64,000 nucleotides of DNA, from NCBI GenBank assembly GCA_951406725.2, contig OX597814.1, forward strand, positions 216,256,001 through 216,320,000. Direction: 5' to 3'. Made by a program: the position numbers and the translations under genes. Positions 40,615 through 53,676 of this stretch are shown in pieces. The first letter of the stretch is position 1. Each line of letters begins with the position of its first letter. The DNA comes from Octopus vulgaris (Eukaryota). The notes under the pieces are model-generated. The model did not search any database. It was not told the DNA's origin and worked only from the letters and a program-made list of their open reading frames with translations.

Positions 40615-41030
40615 GCGGGCATGTCGGATGAAATGGCTAGCGGTATTTCATCCATCTTCACACTCAATGTTCAAATTCTGACAGGGATGACTATGTCTTT
40701 CATCCTCTTGCATTTGCAATGTGATCGATGTAATCTATTTAGCCACTCTCCTGAAATTGCTGGCCTTGTGCTAAAATTTGAAAACAAAATTTCAGTGATG
40801 TTTATGGTCAATAAAATAAGTACCTGTTGATCACTGGGGTTGATGTAATTGACTTAGCCACTCTCCTGAAATTGCAGGCCTTGTGCCAAAATTTGAAACC
40901 AAAATTCCAGTGATGTTTATGGTCAATAAAATAAGTACCAGTTGAGCACTGGGGTTGATGTAATTGACTTAGCCACTCTCCTGAAATTGCTGGCCTTGTG
41001 CCAAAATTTGAAACCAACATTCCATGATGT
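40615..41030 (+). repeat. SINE remnant (B-box-like gttcaaattc) followed by ~2.7 x 115-bp units
   Basis: Full units start at 40809 and 40924, with a partial unit from ~40724; same unit as 15388-15957. Confidence 0.85.
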
Positions 41031-41236
41031 TTCTAGTATTTATTATAATTAATAGAGATAGTGTCTACTTAGTGTCTGTGAAATGTTGGTTATATTTTTC
41101 TGTTTGCTAATGCATTATACTAATAACATTACTTTGTCTTCAAATACTTTTCTGTCTTTACCCACTAAACTCCCCATCTCACCCCTACTCCCTCACCAAC
41201 GAAATGATTTTGTCTTTTTACCTTTTCCTAATTCAG

Positions 41237-42773
41237 TTGTTCTGGACGTTTGTAGAAGACGACATCAACTGGAAGGTGTGAAGTCAGATGTTCAACCATT
41301 CTGGGAACCATCTGAAGAAAATACCATTTCAAGACAGCAAGTCCATGACTATTTACTACCTTCCAAGTTCCATCTGACTTTCTTAAAGAAACATAAAATC
41401 ATAGTTAATGACCAATTAAAGAAATGGGCTGAAGTAATATGGAAAGATTCCAAGTTTAATAAACTGAAATTAAGTTATTCTGAAGGAAATTTGAAGCAAA
41501 TTGAACAATGTTTGGAAGAGTTACTAAATTCCATTACTGTTGAAATCATTGATGTTCCAACCAATATTTTTGAAGATGTTGCTAGAACATTGAAAAGTGA
41601 AGATGATGAGATGTATTTTTATTTTGATATCCAATATCATAAAGTTCATATTTTTGGATTTGATAAAAGTAATGTAATTAAAATGAAAAACAGACTTTTG
41701 GATAATCTTAGAACGATATATGAGGATGATTTAAGTATTCATGGAAGGCGTATTCTATCTGGTCTCAGATTTTTTGAGCAGGCAGAAAGACAATCTGAAG
41801 ATCTACAAGTCAGGATTCATGGTAACAAAGTTATTTTTGAAGGCCAGTATTCCGAATTAGCTACTTGTCTCAAGAATATGTATAAAATTCTTCAGTCAAT
41901 TGTTAAATCTGAATTGTGTTTGCCTTTAAATACTGGAATGATCATAAATAAAAAAACCAGTGAAAGAATATCTTGATGAAGAACTGAGAAACAAGAAATG
42001 TATTGGTTCATGGGAAACGGGTGATGGTGATTCAGTATTACTTTATGCAAGTGATAAAACACATCTTTCACTTTTGGAAGAAATTATGAAAGAAACTTTT
42101 GTTGCCAACACACTGGATTTTGTAGACAAAATTAAGGATACTCCACATTATGGAAAGTGGCTGACATTTGTTGAAAGTCTAAAAGAAGAGTTTCCAGATT
42201 CCCATTTTATTGGAGAAAATTCTCTTGTTGCTGTTGATGCTGTAGTTAATGATATAAAAAGCAAAATTGATAACTTTAAGCAATCTTTAACTGATGAATC
42301 TTATATATCGATGACTCATGCACATTTCCTCTTTCTTAAAGAGTTCAAAGAACAAGAAATCAATGACTTTGGTGCAAAAAATAAAATTAAGAATGTGTGT
42401 CTCAAAGATAATAAGTTACACCTGAAAGGAACACGAGAGCAAATTAGGAAAAAGGAAATATTTATAGAAAATTTAAGAAAGGATACCAGATCCCAAGAAG
42501 AAAACTTTGAAATGTTTAGATTTCAAAAAACCCAGAAAAGTGAAGAAGGAAAGAGTTTCTTGAGTGAAATGCAGAAGGAATATGAGAGTATAATATCTTT
42601 AAATTCAGATTTAGAAAGTGAAACAGAAGAAATACTTAATTTTGTGTATAAGAACTGTGAAATAGTGTTGAGGGAAGGTGACATCACGACTCTGGACACA
42701 GATGCTATTGTTAATGCTACAAATGGCAGACTGAATCTTATGGAAGGAGTTGCAGCAGCCATTGTGCAGAAAG
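41237..42773 (+). CDS. PARP14-like: Exon A, copy 2, of the PARP14-like gene; +1 A at 41950-41956
   Basis: Same acceptor as copy 1, donor aag|gttagt. Length 1537 nt = 512 codons + 1. ORFs 41083 and 41960 join if one A is removed; the exon ends IVLREGDITTLDTDAIVNATNGRLNLMEGVAAAIVQK. Confidence 0.85.
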
Positions 42774-44344
42774 GTTAGTAATACCATTTTTTATAGTTAA
42801 TGTTTCTTTTTAGATCCAAGTGTGGTTGAGAAGCTAACTTCCTGATCACGTGGTTTCAGGTTCAATTCCACTCACAGCATTTTGGACAAGTGTCTTCTGT
42901 TATAGGTCAGTGGTTGGCCAAAGCCTTGGGAGTGGATTTCGTTGATAGAAACTGAAAGAAGCTCATCATTTATACATACATATATACTTTTTTATAAAAG
43001 GTGTATACAGCTCATTGGAGCACTTCTATTTCCAGTCCGTTGTATATCTTGAGTGTTGTTTGTCACTCAAGATATAACTTTATATTTTGTAATACATACA
43101 TATATATATGTGTGTGTGTGTGTGAGGGTGAGTAGCCAGGTGTTGACAGCACACGATGGTTGTAAATGAACATCACCATCACACAAGTGATGTTGTGTCA
43201 TTTCCAGTCCTCCATGAAAAACATGTCTGACCGTGGAGAAATATTCCCTCATTTGGAAACATGTGGCACTTGGCTACAGGAAGGACACCCAGCCATGGAC
43301 ACTAAATTATGGTGCACAGACACACACACACACACATATACATACACATGTACGTACCAACACGCATGAACACACACACACAGTATACATGCACACAATA
43401 GCTTTATATACATCCACTTGCTTGCACACACAGTTACATCGCATAGCCTTATACACACACACATAAACCAAAAGCATGGACATACATACACACATGCATA
43501 GATACTTATACACAGTAGTCTCATACACATGAGTGCTCACATACACGTGCCAAGTTCATAGTTGTCTCCATGTCACTCATACCTCAAGTCAGCTCTCATA
43601 GATGTCTCCCTTGGTTGCCAGAGCCACTGACACCTTCAGCAACCTCTTCCTCCTCCAATCATTTCAGCTTCTAGTGACACTCTCACACGGGTTTTTTTCT
43701 TTTCTCTCTCTCTTCTTCTATTCTTTCTGTCAAAGAGTAGGCTCAAAATGTTAAACACTTCCTAATTTCACTAAGCATAAAGTTGATACACTTCTGCTGT
43801 GGAGGTCAGGTCTTCTTGAGAACAGCAAGGCACCAGATATCTCAGTCCTTTGTCATCTCATCCACAAGGTTCACCGTTCGGAGGTTCTCCTTCAGAACTT
43901 CGTCCTCTGTTTTACTGGGTCTCCCTCTTACACAAGTTCCATCCACTTTGAATGTACGGCACTTCTTTGTTGAGCTGTCAGCAACCCTTCACATCACATG
44001 ACCAAACCATACTGTCTTCTCTCACAGACTGCATCCAATTCTTCTTCTGCCAAACTTCTCTCTCAATACACTAACAGTCTGTTGCATATATGTGTTTCTT
44101 TATTGGCCACACAAGGCTGAATACAGAAGGGACAAAATACAAAGTAGAGCTTTTCTTTTTGGAAGGAAGAAGAGAATAAACGAAAAAAAAGAAGTGGGTC
44201 GAATTCCAATCAAAAGGGTTTGTGAAGAAAAAAATTATATACATATACGTGTGTGTGTGTGTGTATACAAGTAAAATAGAATAAAAATGTAATATATATA
44301 TTGATATATATAACAAAATATATTTATAATAGAAAATAATAATA

Positions 44345-47113
44345 ATCATCGTTTAAGATCCGCATTCCATGCTAGCATGGGTTGGACAATTTGACTGAGG
44401 ACTGGCAAACCAAATGGCTGCACCAGGCTCCAATCTTCATCTTGCAGAGGTTCTACAGCTGGAACCCTTCCTAACGCCAACCGCTCTGAGAGTGTAGTGG
44501 GTGCTTTTATATGCCACCGACATGGAACTCAGTTAGATTCAGGTGGTACTGGCAACAGCCACGCTCAAATGGTGTTTGTTACGTGCCAATCCAGTGGCAC
44601 TCGCAACGACCTCACTCAAATGTTTTTTCACATGCCACCAGCACAAGTGCCACTAAGACGACACTGGTAACAATCAATGGTGCTTTTTATGTGCCACTGC
44701 CATGGAAGCCAGTTAGCTGCTCTGGCAATGATCACTCTCGGATGGTGCTCATAGTGCTCCACTAGCATAGATGCCAGTCATCAAATCTGATTTCGATTTC
44801 ACTTGCCTCAACAGGTCTTTGCAAGCAGAGTTTAGTGTCCGAAGAAGGAAAGGTACACATAAGTGGGCTGGTTACACCCCTGGCATAGGACGCAAAGTTA
44901 TGGTCTCATTTGGCTTGCTAGGTCTTCTCAAGCACACCATATTTCCAAAAATCTCAGTCACCAGTCATTGCCTCGGTGATGCCTAATGTTCGAAGGTCGT
45001 GCTTCACCACTTCGAACCAGGTCTTCCTGGGTCTACCTCTTCCACAGGTTCCCTCAACTGCTAGAGTGTGGCACTTTTTTCACACTGCTGTCCTCATCCA
45101 TTCTCGCCACATGACTATACCAGTACTGTCATCTCTCTTGCACCCCAATCTGATGCTTCTTAGGTCCAACTTTTTTCTCAAGGTACTTACACTCTGTCGA
45201 GTATGCACACTGACATTACACATTCAGCGGATCATACTGGCTTTATTCCTTGTGAGCCTACGCATATCGTGAGCAGTCATAGCCTATGTTTCACTGCCAA
45301 GTAGCATGGCTGTTGATACACATGCGTCATACAATCTACCTTTTACTCACCAGCAGAGGTAAGAGTTCTCTGAACTTTGCCCAGGCTATTCTTATTCTAG
45401 CAGCTACACTTTCAGTGCACCCCCACCCCCCAGCTTCTGAATTGGTCACCTAGGTAATGGAAGCTATCAACTACTTCTAGTTTTTCTCCCTGGAATGTGG
45501 CAGAAGTTCTTCTCTGCACATTTTCAGTGTTTATTGCTCCTGAGCATCTGCCACATACAAAAACTATCTTCCCAGTTAGCCTTCTTTCGATATTGTTGCA
45601 CCTTTTATGTGTCCATAGCTTATGCTGGGTACATCTTATAGAGTTTCTACCTACGCCATTTCTACAGATCGAGCAGGGCCATCTACCTGAAGGGATTTGT
45701 GGTTTGCCTGCCTCCCTACTTATTAGGACGTTGGTTTTAGCTAGGTTGACTGAGGCCCGTCGATTCTAATCCTTGTTTCCACACATGAAACTTCTCCTCA
45801 AATTCTGATACTGACTCAGCAATTAAAGCAAGGTCGTCAGCATAGAGGATCTCCCAGAGGCATCGTGCCTTGAATTTCTCTGTTATTTCCTGGAGGACTA
45901 TGATAAATAGGAGAGCCTGAGGACTAAACCTTGGTGGACCCCTACCTCCACCCAGAATCCTTCACTGTACTCATTGCCAACCCTCACCTTACTGACAGCG
46001 TCCTTGTACATGGCTTGCACAACTCTCACTAAGCATTCATTTATCCCTAGGTTACTCATTGACCACCAGATAAGGTGTCGGGGGACCCTGTCAAAGGCTT
46101 TCTCAACAAAAGCCAGGTACAGAGGTTTATCTTTGGCTAGGTATTTCTTCTGCAGCTGTCTTACCAGAAATATAGCATCAGTGGTGCTTTTCCCTGGCAT
46201 GAACCCAAACTGCATCTCATCTAAACTGATTTTCTCTCTAATTAGTTGGGCTATTACCCTCTCCATGACCTTCATTACCTGATCGAACAGCTTGATACCT
46301 CTGTAATTATTTGTGTCTAAAGCGTCACCTTTACCTTTGTAGCAGTTGACTATGGTACTGCAACACTAGTAATTGGGTATGACTCCTTTGTGTATCACCT
46401 AGGTAACTATAAGTGTGACTAGGCCATAGCCGACACTGCCAGATATTTTGAGCATCTCTGCAGTGATTCCTGATGGGCCAGTGGCTTTCCCGGTCTTCAT
46501 ACTCTTAATTGCTTTATCTACCAAGGTACTGTCAACTCGGATAGCTGGTCGCTCTATGAGGTCAACATTCAGCAGACCCTCTTTCTCCCATTCATTTTCT
46601 TTATTCAGCAACCTTTCATTGTGGCATCTACAAATCTCTCTCTTTGCAGCCTCATTTAGTGCAAGTGAACCATCATCCATGCGAACACATTTCTCTCCTA
46701 CATCACGATTCTCTCTCACACACTGTCTTGCAACATGAAATACCTCAAGTCTTTGATCCTCACGGCGCAGAACATTGGCAAATTTTTCCTTATCTGCTTC
46801 CCTTCTGACTAAATAAACCTGCCTCCTAGCTTCCCTTCTGGGAGTCTGATACACTTCCCTGCTACCACCGTTCTTCCAGTCTTTCCAAGCCTGTTTCTTT
46901 TCTCTAATAGCCCTGTCAACAACATTGTTCCACCACCATGTTATTTTGGGTCAAGAGGGGACTTTGCAACATCCACAGATCTGGTCAGTGGCCCTCAGCA
47001 ATTTGTCCTGTAGAAACCTCCAGTTGTCTTCTACAACGTGTGGGGCTATATCCCCTTCTATTTTGTCAAAGGCTTTGAGTAATATGTCTCAAAATCTCTG
47101 TCCATTCGCAAAC
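44345..47113 (-). mobile_element. RTE-clade LINE, 5'-truncated and degenerate, antisense in intron A2-B2
   Basis: Minus ORFs 46399-46854 and 45898-46275 match the RT of 2300-5329; the 3' UTR ends near 44345. Confidence 0.9.
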
Positions 47114-47666
47114 TAGCAAATTTGGACGAGAGCATCTTCTGGATACTTATTCTTTCGGCAGTGGTATTAAAAATTGAGTAGGGAATCCAAGTGCGTGCAC
47201 TAGTATATATAGGGTGGTGGTGTTGGTGGAAGAGGAGGAAGTCTTGGCGAGGTGAGTGGTAATCGAAAAAGAGAGAAACACACAGCCAGAGTGAGAGCGA
47301 GACAAAGACAGGGAGAGAGGATGGGTAGAGATGTTCAGAACACGAGGTAGAAAAATAAGGAATTGCTTGAGCTAAGGTTATCTTAAAGGCAAAAACAGGG
47401 AAGACGAAACTATTGAAACTATATTTACACGTCTACATGGTAATGAAATAGGCAGAATAATGAAAAGAACTAACAAGGGGTTTATGATTTGTGCAGAAAT
47501 AGAAGAGTAAGTGACGAGGTTGAAAAGACAAAACTTCTTATCTGAGCATCTTCTGCGATTCATATTTTTTCGCTGAGGTATTGAAATAATATATTAATAT
47601 ATTACACATATTAACATATATTAACATGTATTAAACAGGAACATAAGAATGCAAATATTATTGCAG

Positions 47667-47915
47667 GTGGGTTTGGAATTCAAGCTGAATGTAACAGAAT
47701 TATGAAAGAAAGAAAGAGTGAACTGACACCTGGAGAAGTAGTGTCAACTAAAGCTGGTAAACTCAAATGCAAGGCTATCCTTCATGTTGTTGGACCTGTT
47801 TGGAATGATGGACAAACTGAGGAAATTTTTCACCTTTCAAGAGCTGTTCGAAATTGTTTGGCAGGTCTTGAAGAAAAGTCTTATACATCAATTGCAATTC
47901 CTGCCATCAGTACAG
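47667..47915 (+). CDS. PARP14-like: Exon B, copy 2: macrodomain core
   Basis: ttgcag|GT...ACAG|gtaag, 249 nt. Encodes GGFGIQAECNRIMKERKSELTPGEVVSTKAGKLKCKAILHVVGPVW...SIAIPAISTG. Confidence 0.92.
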
Positions 47916-48828
47916 GTAAGAATTTACCATTTTTGTTCTGTTCAAATTAATTGGCACAGAAATAGTAATTACACTATTTAGTGTATAGCAAGGCAACTAT
48001 CCTGTCCCTCTCTCATGCTCTAACCTCTCCTCTGGCATCCATCCACTTCCCTTGGTTTCACTCCTCGTCTCAACTAAAAGCCTTTGTCTTGCAAGTAACT
48101 TGGCAACCCCACTTTTTACGTGACACCAAACCTGTGATGGTGTCACATAAAAAGCACCCAGTGCATTCTTTAAAATGGTTGGCATTCTGTAAAGGAAGGG
48201 CATCCAGCCATAGAAACTATACCAAAAAAGAAAATTGGTACTTGGACAGCTCTCCGGCCTTGCCAGCATCAAAAACAGAGGTGAAATGATGACAATGATG
48301 ATATTATATATATATATATATATTATTGTAGAAGATGTGGTTGGTTATGGTTAAAAGGTTGATGTTCCACATGATTTCTGGTTCAGTTCCCTGGCAAGGT
48401 ATTTTGGGCAAGTCGTTCATTATAGACCTGGGTTTGGCCAAAACCTTCTCAGTGGATTTGGTGGACGGGAATTGAAAAGAGGCCTGTTGTGGCACAGCTG
48501 ACATTCTAGAAGAACAGTATTTGTTGTTGTTGTGTGAGGGTGTGGCAGTCCTAGCACCCAAGCAGACGAGTCTTGTCTGCCAACAATATATGAGTGCTTT
48601 GATGCACCAGACATCCATATGAGACATCCTCTCATGGTAAATAACGCAGTATTTGGTGCTCAAACACAACATCCACATTTAGTTGGATATAAAAATTGCC
48701 TGTTGGTATTACTATTGCTTCTGTTGCTGTTAATTACCTTTTTCATAGACTTGCTGGCTATTTGCAAAATCAGTGCCTTAACAGATACTGAAATTCTATA
48801 TATGGTCAATAGATTTGGCTGTTAAGTA

Positions 48829-48888
48829 ACTACTAGATGTCTCCTACTGAAGAATCCAGGCAGGATGAAATCATGTCATCTGGCAGTA
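48829..48888 (+). ncRNA. Candidate type I hammerhead ribozyme motif
   Basis: CTGAAGA (48847)-atcc/aggca/ggat-GAAA-tcatg-TC; the flanks actactagat and atctggcagt can pair. Stem III is imperfect. Confidence 0.45.
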
Positions 48889-49365
48889 ATAGTGATTGTA
48901 GCAGATGGTTCTCGTCTGTTAAAAATATAAATATGAGTAATTTTATGCACCCAAGGCCCTGTGGGAGGTCCTCTTGAGGTAAATAATGGAGTACTCTCTG
49001 TTCTAACATGACCTCTACATTAAGTTGGAAGTAAAGATTGCATATGTATATATATATATATATGGCTGTCCACTCATGACTGAGGAAGCGAGGAAGACCA
49101 TTACAGACCTTCAGGAATATTCAGCACTCTAGGCATAACGTATATTTTGCATTTGTGGCCCCAGTGGTGGCTAATGAGCCCTGCTCTTGACATGCATACA
49201 TGACTGCAAACATTGCAAACCAAGGTGTCCCCATTCACTACACCAGCAGTACACTTTCAACCAGCATGCTTAAATTCTTCATGCTGAATACATGCTCTCT
49301 CAAAAGTGTTGACTCCCCATCCTTAACCCGCTTCCTCAATATGTGGTGATGACAGGCACTGCTCT

Positions 49366-49780
49366 GAGGAAAACTAATCGCATTCCTTGAAAAAAATAAC
49401 TTGCTAAGTGATACCCAACATGGTTTGCAACCAGGTAGGAGCTGCCTGACCCAGCTCTTACAACATTATGACTGGGTGTTGAGGCAGTTACTCAACAAAT
49501 CAAATGTGGACGTAATATACCTTGATTTTGCAAAAGCTTTTGCCAAGGTGGATAATGGTATGATATGCCACAAACTGCGTGAGCTCGGCATAGCTGGAAA
49601 AAACCTGGAGAGTGGTTACATGACTTCCTGAAAGATAGGAGTCAGGCAGTAGTGGCTAATGGAGCCACCTCTATGAACACACAAATAGTGAGTGGTGTTC
49701 CACAGGGCACTGTCTTGGGACCACTGCTTTTAATAGTGGCCCTCTCAGTTATGCCCTCATACGCCCGGATAGCCACTCTG
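49366..49780 (+). mobile_element. CR1-like LINE RT fragment
   Basis: QHGLQPGRSCLTQLL, VDVIYLDFAKAF and SGVPQGTVLGPLL. Confidence 0.8.
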
Positions 49781-50070
49781 ACAATCACACCTTAAGCTTC
49801 AGACACTGGGATAAAAAGAAAGCAACCAAATAATCCAGTTATATATGGCCCTTAAAAGAAAAAGGTGTCAGTTAGAAAATCCACTGGAAGATCTTGGCCA
49901 AATGTAAGCCTTACACTAACGGCAGTGGAAAGTGCAGTCTTTGCGATATGGAAAGATGGCTTGTCTGGAAAAGTTCTTTAGACCCTACTACATGTCTAAA
50001 TTCAAGAACTGAACTTTTTGGGTCATGTCCAAATATAGCGAAACATTTGTTATGTTTTTGCCCCCCGTCT
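49781..50070 (+). mobile_element. 3' GIY-YIG fragment of the same PLE family as 2-670
   Basis: AKCKPYTNGSGKCSLCDMERWLVWKSSLDPTTCLNSRTELFGSCP is nearly identical to ORF 233-670. Confidence 0.85.
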
Positions 50071-50263
50071 CCCCAGATCACAGATAAATCCTGTTTTTTA
50101 TATTATGTCCACATGCAAGCGTTTCATGTCTTGCCATTTCTTATATTTTTCTTATATATATTTTATTGCTTTATATATTTTTTCTGTATATTATTTTTCA
50201 CTCTTTATATTGGAATAATATGTGTGTGTATGCATATTTTATATGTATTTATGTTAACATAAG

Positions 50264-50300
<37 letters not shown>

Positions 50301-50334
50301 TTGTATGTATATGTACACGCGTGTGTGAGTATGT

Positions 50335-51440
50335 ATATGGGAACGCGAATGGGCCCCAACAATGTGAACCTATTTGTTGGAACTTTGAGGACCAAATATT
50401 CTCAAGATGCACTGGTCCCACTCCCAAACTATATGGTCGATATTTTGATGACTGTATTGGTGCAACTTCACTCTACCACGAATACCTAGACGCCTTACTC
50501 TCTTTTGTCAAATCTTCCCATCTTCCTCCCACTTCTCCTGCACTATTTCCATGGTCAGCATTCATCACACCACTCTCAGCACCTCCATCCAATATAAACA
50601 TAGACTCACACTCATACCTCAACTTCTCCTCCTCCCACCCTACACACACCAAGATCTCCATCCCCTATTCTCAATTCCTTCATCTACACAGGTTCTGCAG
50701 TGACGACCATGAGATTGAGACTGAGTCTCAACTCATGGCTTCCCACTTCTTCCTACGTAGATATCCGCTCACCACTATCCACACTGCCCTTGCCAGACCA
50801 CGTTTGGTGGACTGTGCTTCTGCTCTCTCCCCCGCCGTCTCCTGTTTACCCTCACCTACCACCCCACCACTCTATCCAACACACCATTCTACGAGCCTTC
50901 TGGCGACTCCAGTCTGACCCCTACCCTTTGCACATCTTCCTTAATGGACCTCTCCCCTCCTTCAAAAGAACCCACAACCTACGAGACCTCTTGGTCGACA
51001 GCCCTAACTCAACCTTCCAACCCAGCTCATTCTCCTGCTCCTTCCCATACTGCTGCACTTGCCCTTACCTCTCCAACATCCCCCTCACAGGCATCCATCA
51101 TCAACCCTAATATATCACTGACTCCTTCACCTGCACTTTTAGCAACATCATCTACTGCATATCCTTCCCTCTTTGTCCTTCTCTGTACATCAGTCAAATG
51201 GGAAGCCGCTTGGCTGACCAGTTCACGAAACACCTCCGAGACATCAGACTTTGCAACAACACTCCAGTCTCATGCCATTTGCGCTCTACCGGTCATTCTT
51301 TACAACACCTGTCTGTGTTCAGAATGTCCTTGCACAGGGGCCATCCAGGCTCCCGTTTTCCTGTGAACAGGGATTAACCTTCTCTCTTCGCTCCTTTGCA
51401 CCACATGGGCTCAACTCTCTTTCCCTCTTCATGAAACCCT
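50335..51440 (+). mobile_element. Decayed C-rich Penelope-like element of a different family (RT to GIY-YIG)
   Basis: Across frames: MGTRMGP..NLFVG, YGRYFDD, SHSYLNFSSSHP, SIPYSQF, FKRTHNLRDLLV, CCTCPY and IIYCI...LYISQMG. Confidence 0.8.
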
Positions 51441-52760
51441 CCTTTCTTCCTCTCACATCTATTTCCTCCCACGCACCTCTCCTCTTGCTCTGACACCTAC
51501 TTCCTCTCTTCTCTCCAACCCACCTTCTCCCTTCGCTGTAACCCCCACCCCTACACAATCCAACCCCACCCTCCCTGTTCATCCAATCCCATCCCACTCC
51601 CACATACCCCCTCAACACCACATCATACCACCCTGCACACACTAGCACTAACCACTTCCCAGAACCCACACCATCATCCATACATCTACACATGCACACA
51701 CATGTGTCAAGGTCACCAACCCTCATCCACATGCACATACACATTCTCACACGTATGAGCACATTCGTTTTGGGATCACAACTACTTTATTATTTCCCAT
51801 TCTTCCTAGCTTTCCTGTGTGACTCCTCTGTCTAGCATTTGCCATGATAGATCGCTAGTCAACATTCTTTATTTTCTCTTCCTGTTTATTTCTGTGTTTC
51901 TTTCTGCGCGTAGGCTCAAAACGTTAAAGACTTTCTCACTTCCCGAGTGTTAAACTAATACATCTGCTTGTTGTTTACAGACCTGTCTTCATCTTTTATT
52001 TTTTGTAAATTCTGACTATATATATATGTAACGGATTTAGTTTGGTTGATATTGAAATTGTCAGAGTCAGCAGTTGCGACGATGATTATTTGTTGTTATG
52101 ACAGCATACTGTAGGTTGTGAAAGATAGACACTGCATGAAGTTTAGAGGAAATGTTTATTTACCGTTACGTTAAAATAACTTGCCTCGACGGGCATGTTG
52201 TGATAGATCCAAAATCATGCAAAGTAAAGTTTGTCTATGTGTCCTCTTCATTGTTTAGTAGTAGTAATTACAGAGAGATAGAATGACATTGTAAGGGACA
52301 GAATTAGAGCTAGAGAGAATTGTAGGGTGTTGTCTCACAGTTGCTTTCTCCCTCTGACCAACGTTGAATCGTCACCAACCGTGACTAACTCCGTTAAGTC
52401 GTCATGACTGTGATGAACTCACTTTTGCTTGGGGTATGCTTGCTTTATAAAGATCCAGAAGGATAGATATATCATTGAGAACAACAGATTCAGTTGGTGG
52501 TCTTGTTATCTCTATTCTAGCTTTTGCTGAAGTAGAAGAGGTTAGAAAGGGTCAAGCGGTGAAGACATTATTTCGGCCTAGCTAAAGGCATCTGAAAAAT
52601 GTAAAACTGCTGTCAGAGAAACACCATTGTTCCATCGTGGGAAGAGTTCTGTAATAGTGTTAATTTAAATTTGGCTATGGTGGATCAAATCTACTTCATG
52701 CATGCAAGATTCACTACATATATATATACACAAATGTGTTCGTGTGTGTGTGCACAACTG

Positions 52761-52804
<44 letters not shown>

Positions 52805-52992
52805 GTGTGCATATGCAGATTCTGAGAAAAAAGTTTTACTTTCCCTATGCTTATTAGAGTAATTTTCCTTTCTTCAACAGTTTTTTTCATAGCATTTTTG
52901 TTTTGTCTTAATAACTGATGAGATACCAGAGCAGATTTAAGCCCTGACATCCAGAACTCTGAGTTTTATTATGACAACCAACTAATTGTTAC

Positions 52993-53051
<59 letters not shown>

Positions 53052-53296
53052 GTGGGTGGGTGTATGTGTGACTGTGTTAGTACCTGTTTGTCTTTTAATC
53101 ACATGATATTTGTAAACAATGATCACCATCATACAAGCAGTGTCATCCATTTGCAGTCTGCAATGAAAACATGTCTGGCTATGGGGATATATTAGCTTCC
53201 TTGGTGTGGGGGTGGGTGATAGGAATGTCACCTAGACATACAAAAATTTGCCTCAACCAATTCCACCTGAAACATGGAAAAGGAAATGTTAAAACG

Positions 53297-53349
<53 letters not shown>

Positions 53350-53676
53350 CATCATGATTATTATTATTTTACTGAACAAACAAGAAAGAAAAGAAATGTG
53401 TTCAACAAGAGAGAAACAAAGTTCTTCTTAAATACCATTGTATATTAATGCGGGCTAAAGACCACCACCTCCACCCCACCTCGGTCATGAAATGCCATGG
53501 TATTGCACCTAGAAATTTGCCCCCTGTCTATTAAAGAATCTTCTAAATGATGGAATTGTATTGTTTCTTGGCATTGCAGCTGATAAATTACTGAAATTAT
53601 ATCACAGGTTAATTATATATATTTTGAGTAAGAACAATTGTTGGATTAAATATGTTGTATACTTTATTTATTACAG

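Noticed and set aside
52027-52660. Solo LTR
   Set aside because: Starts with TGTAAC, but I found no matching inverted terminus, TSD or second copy.
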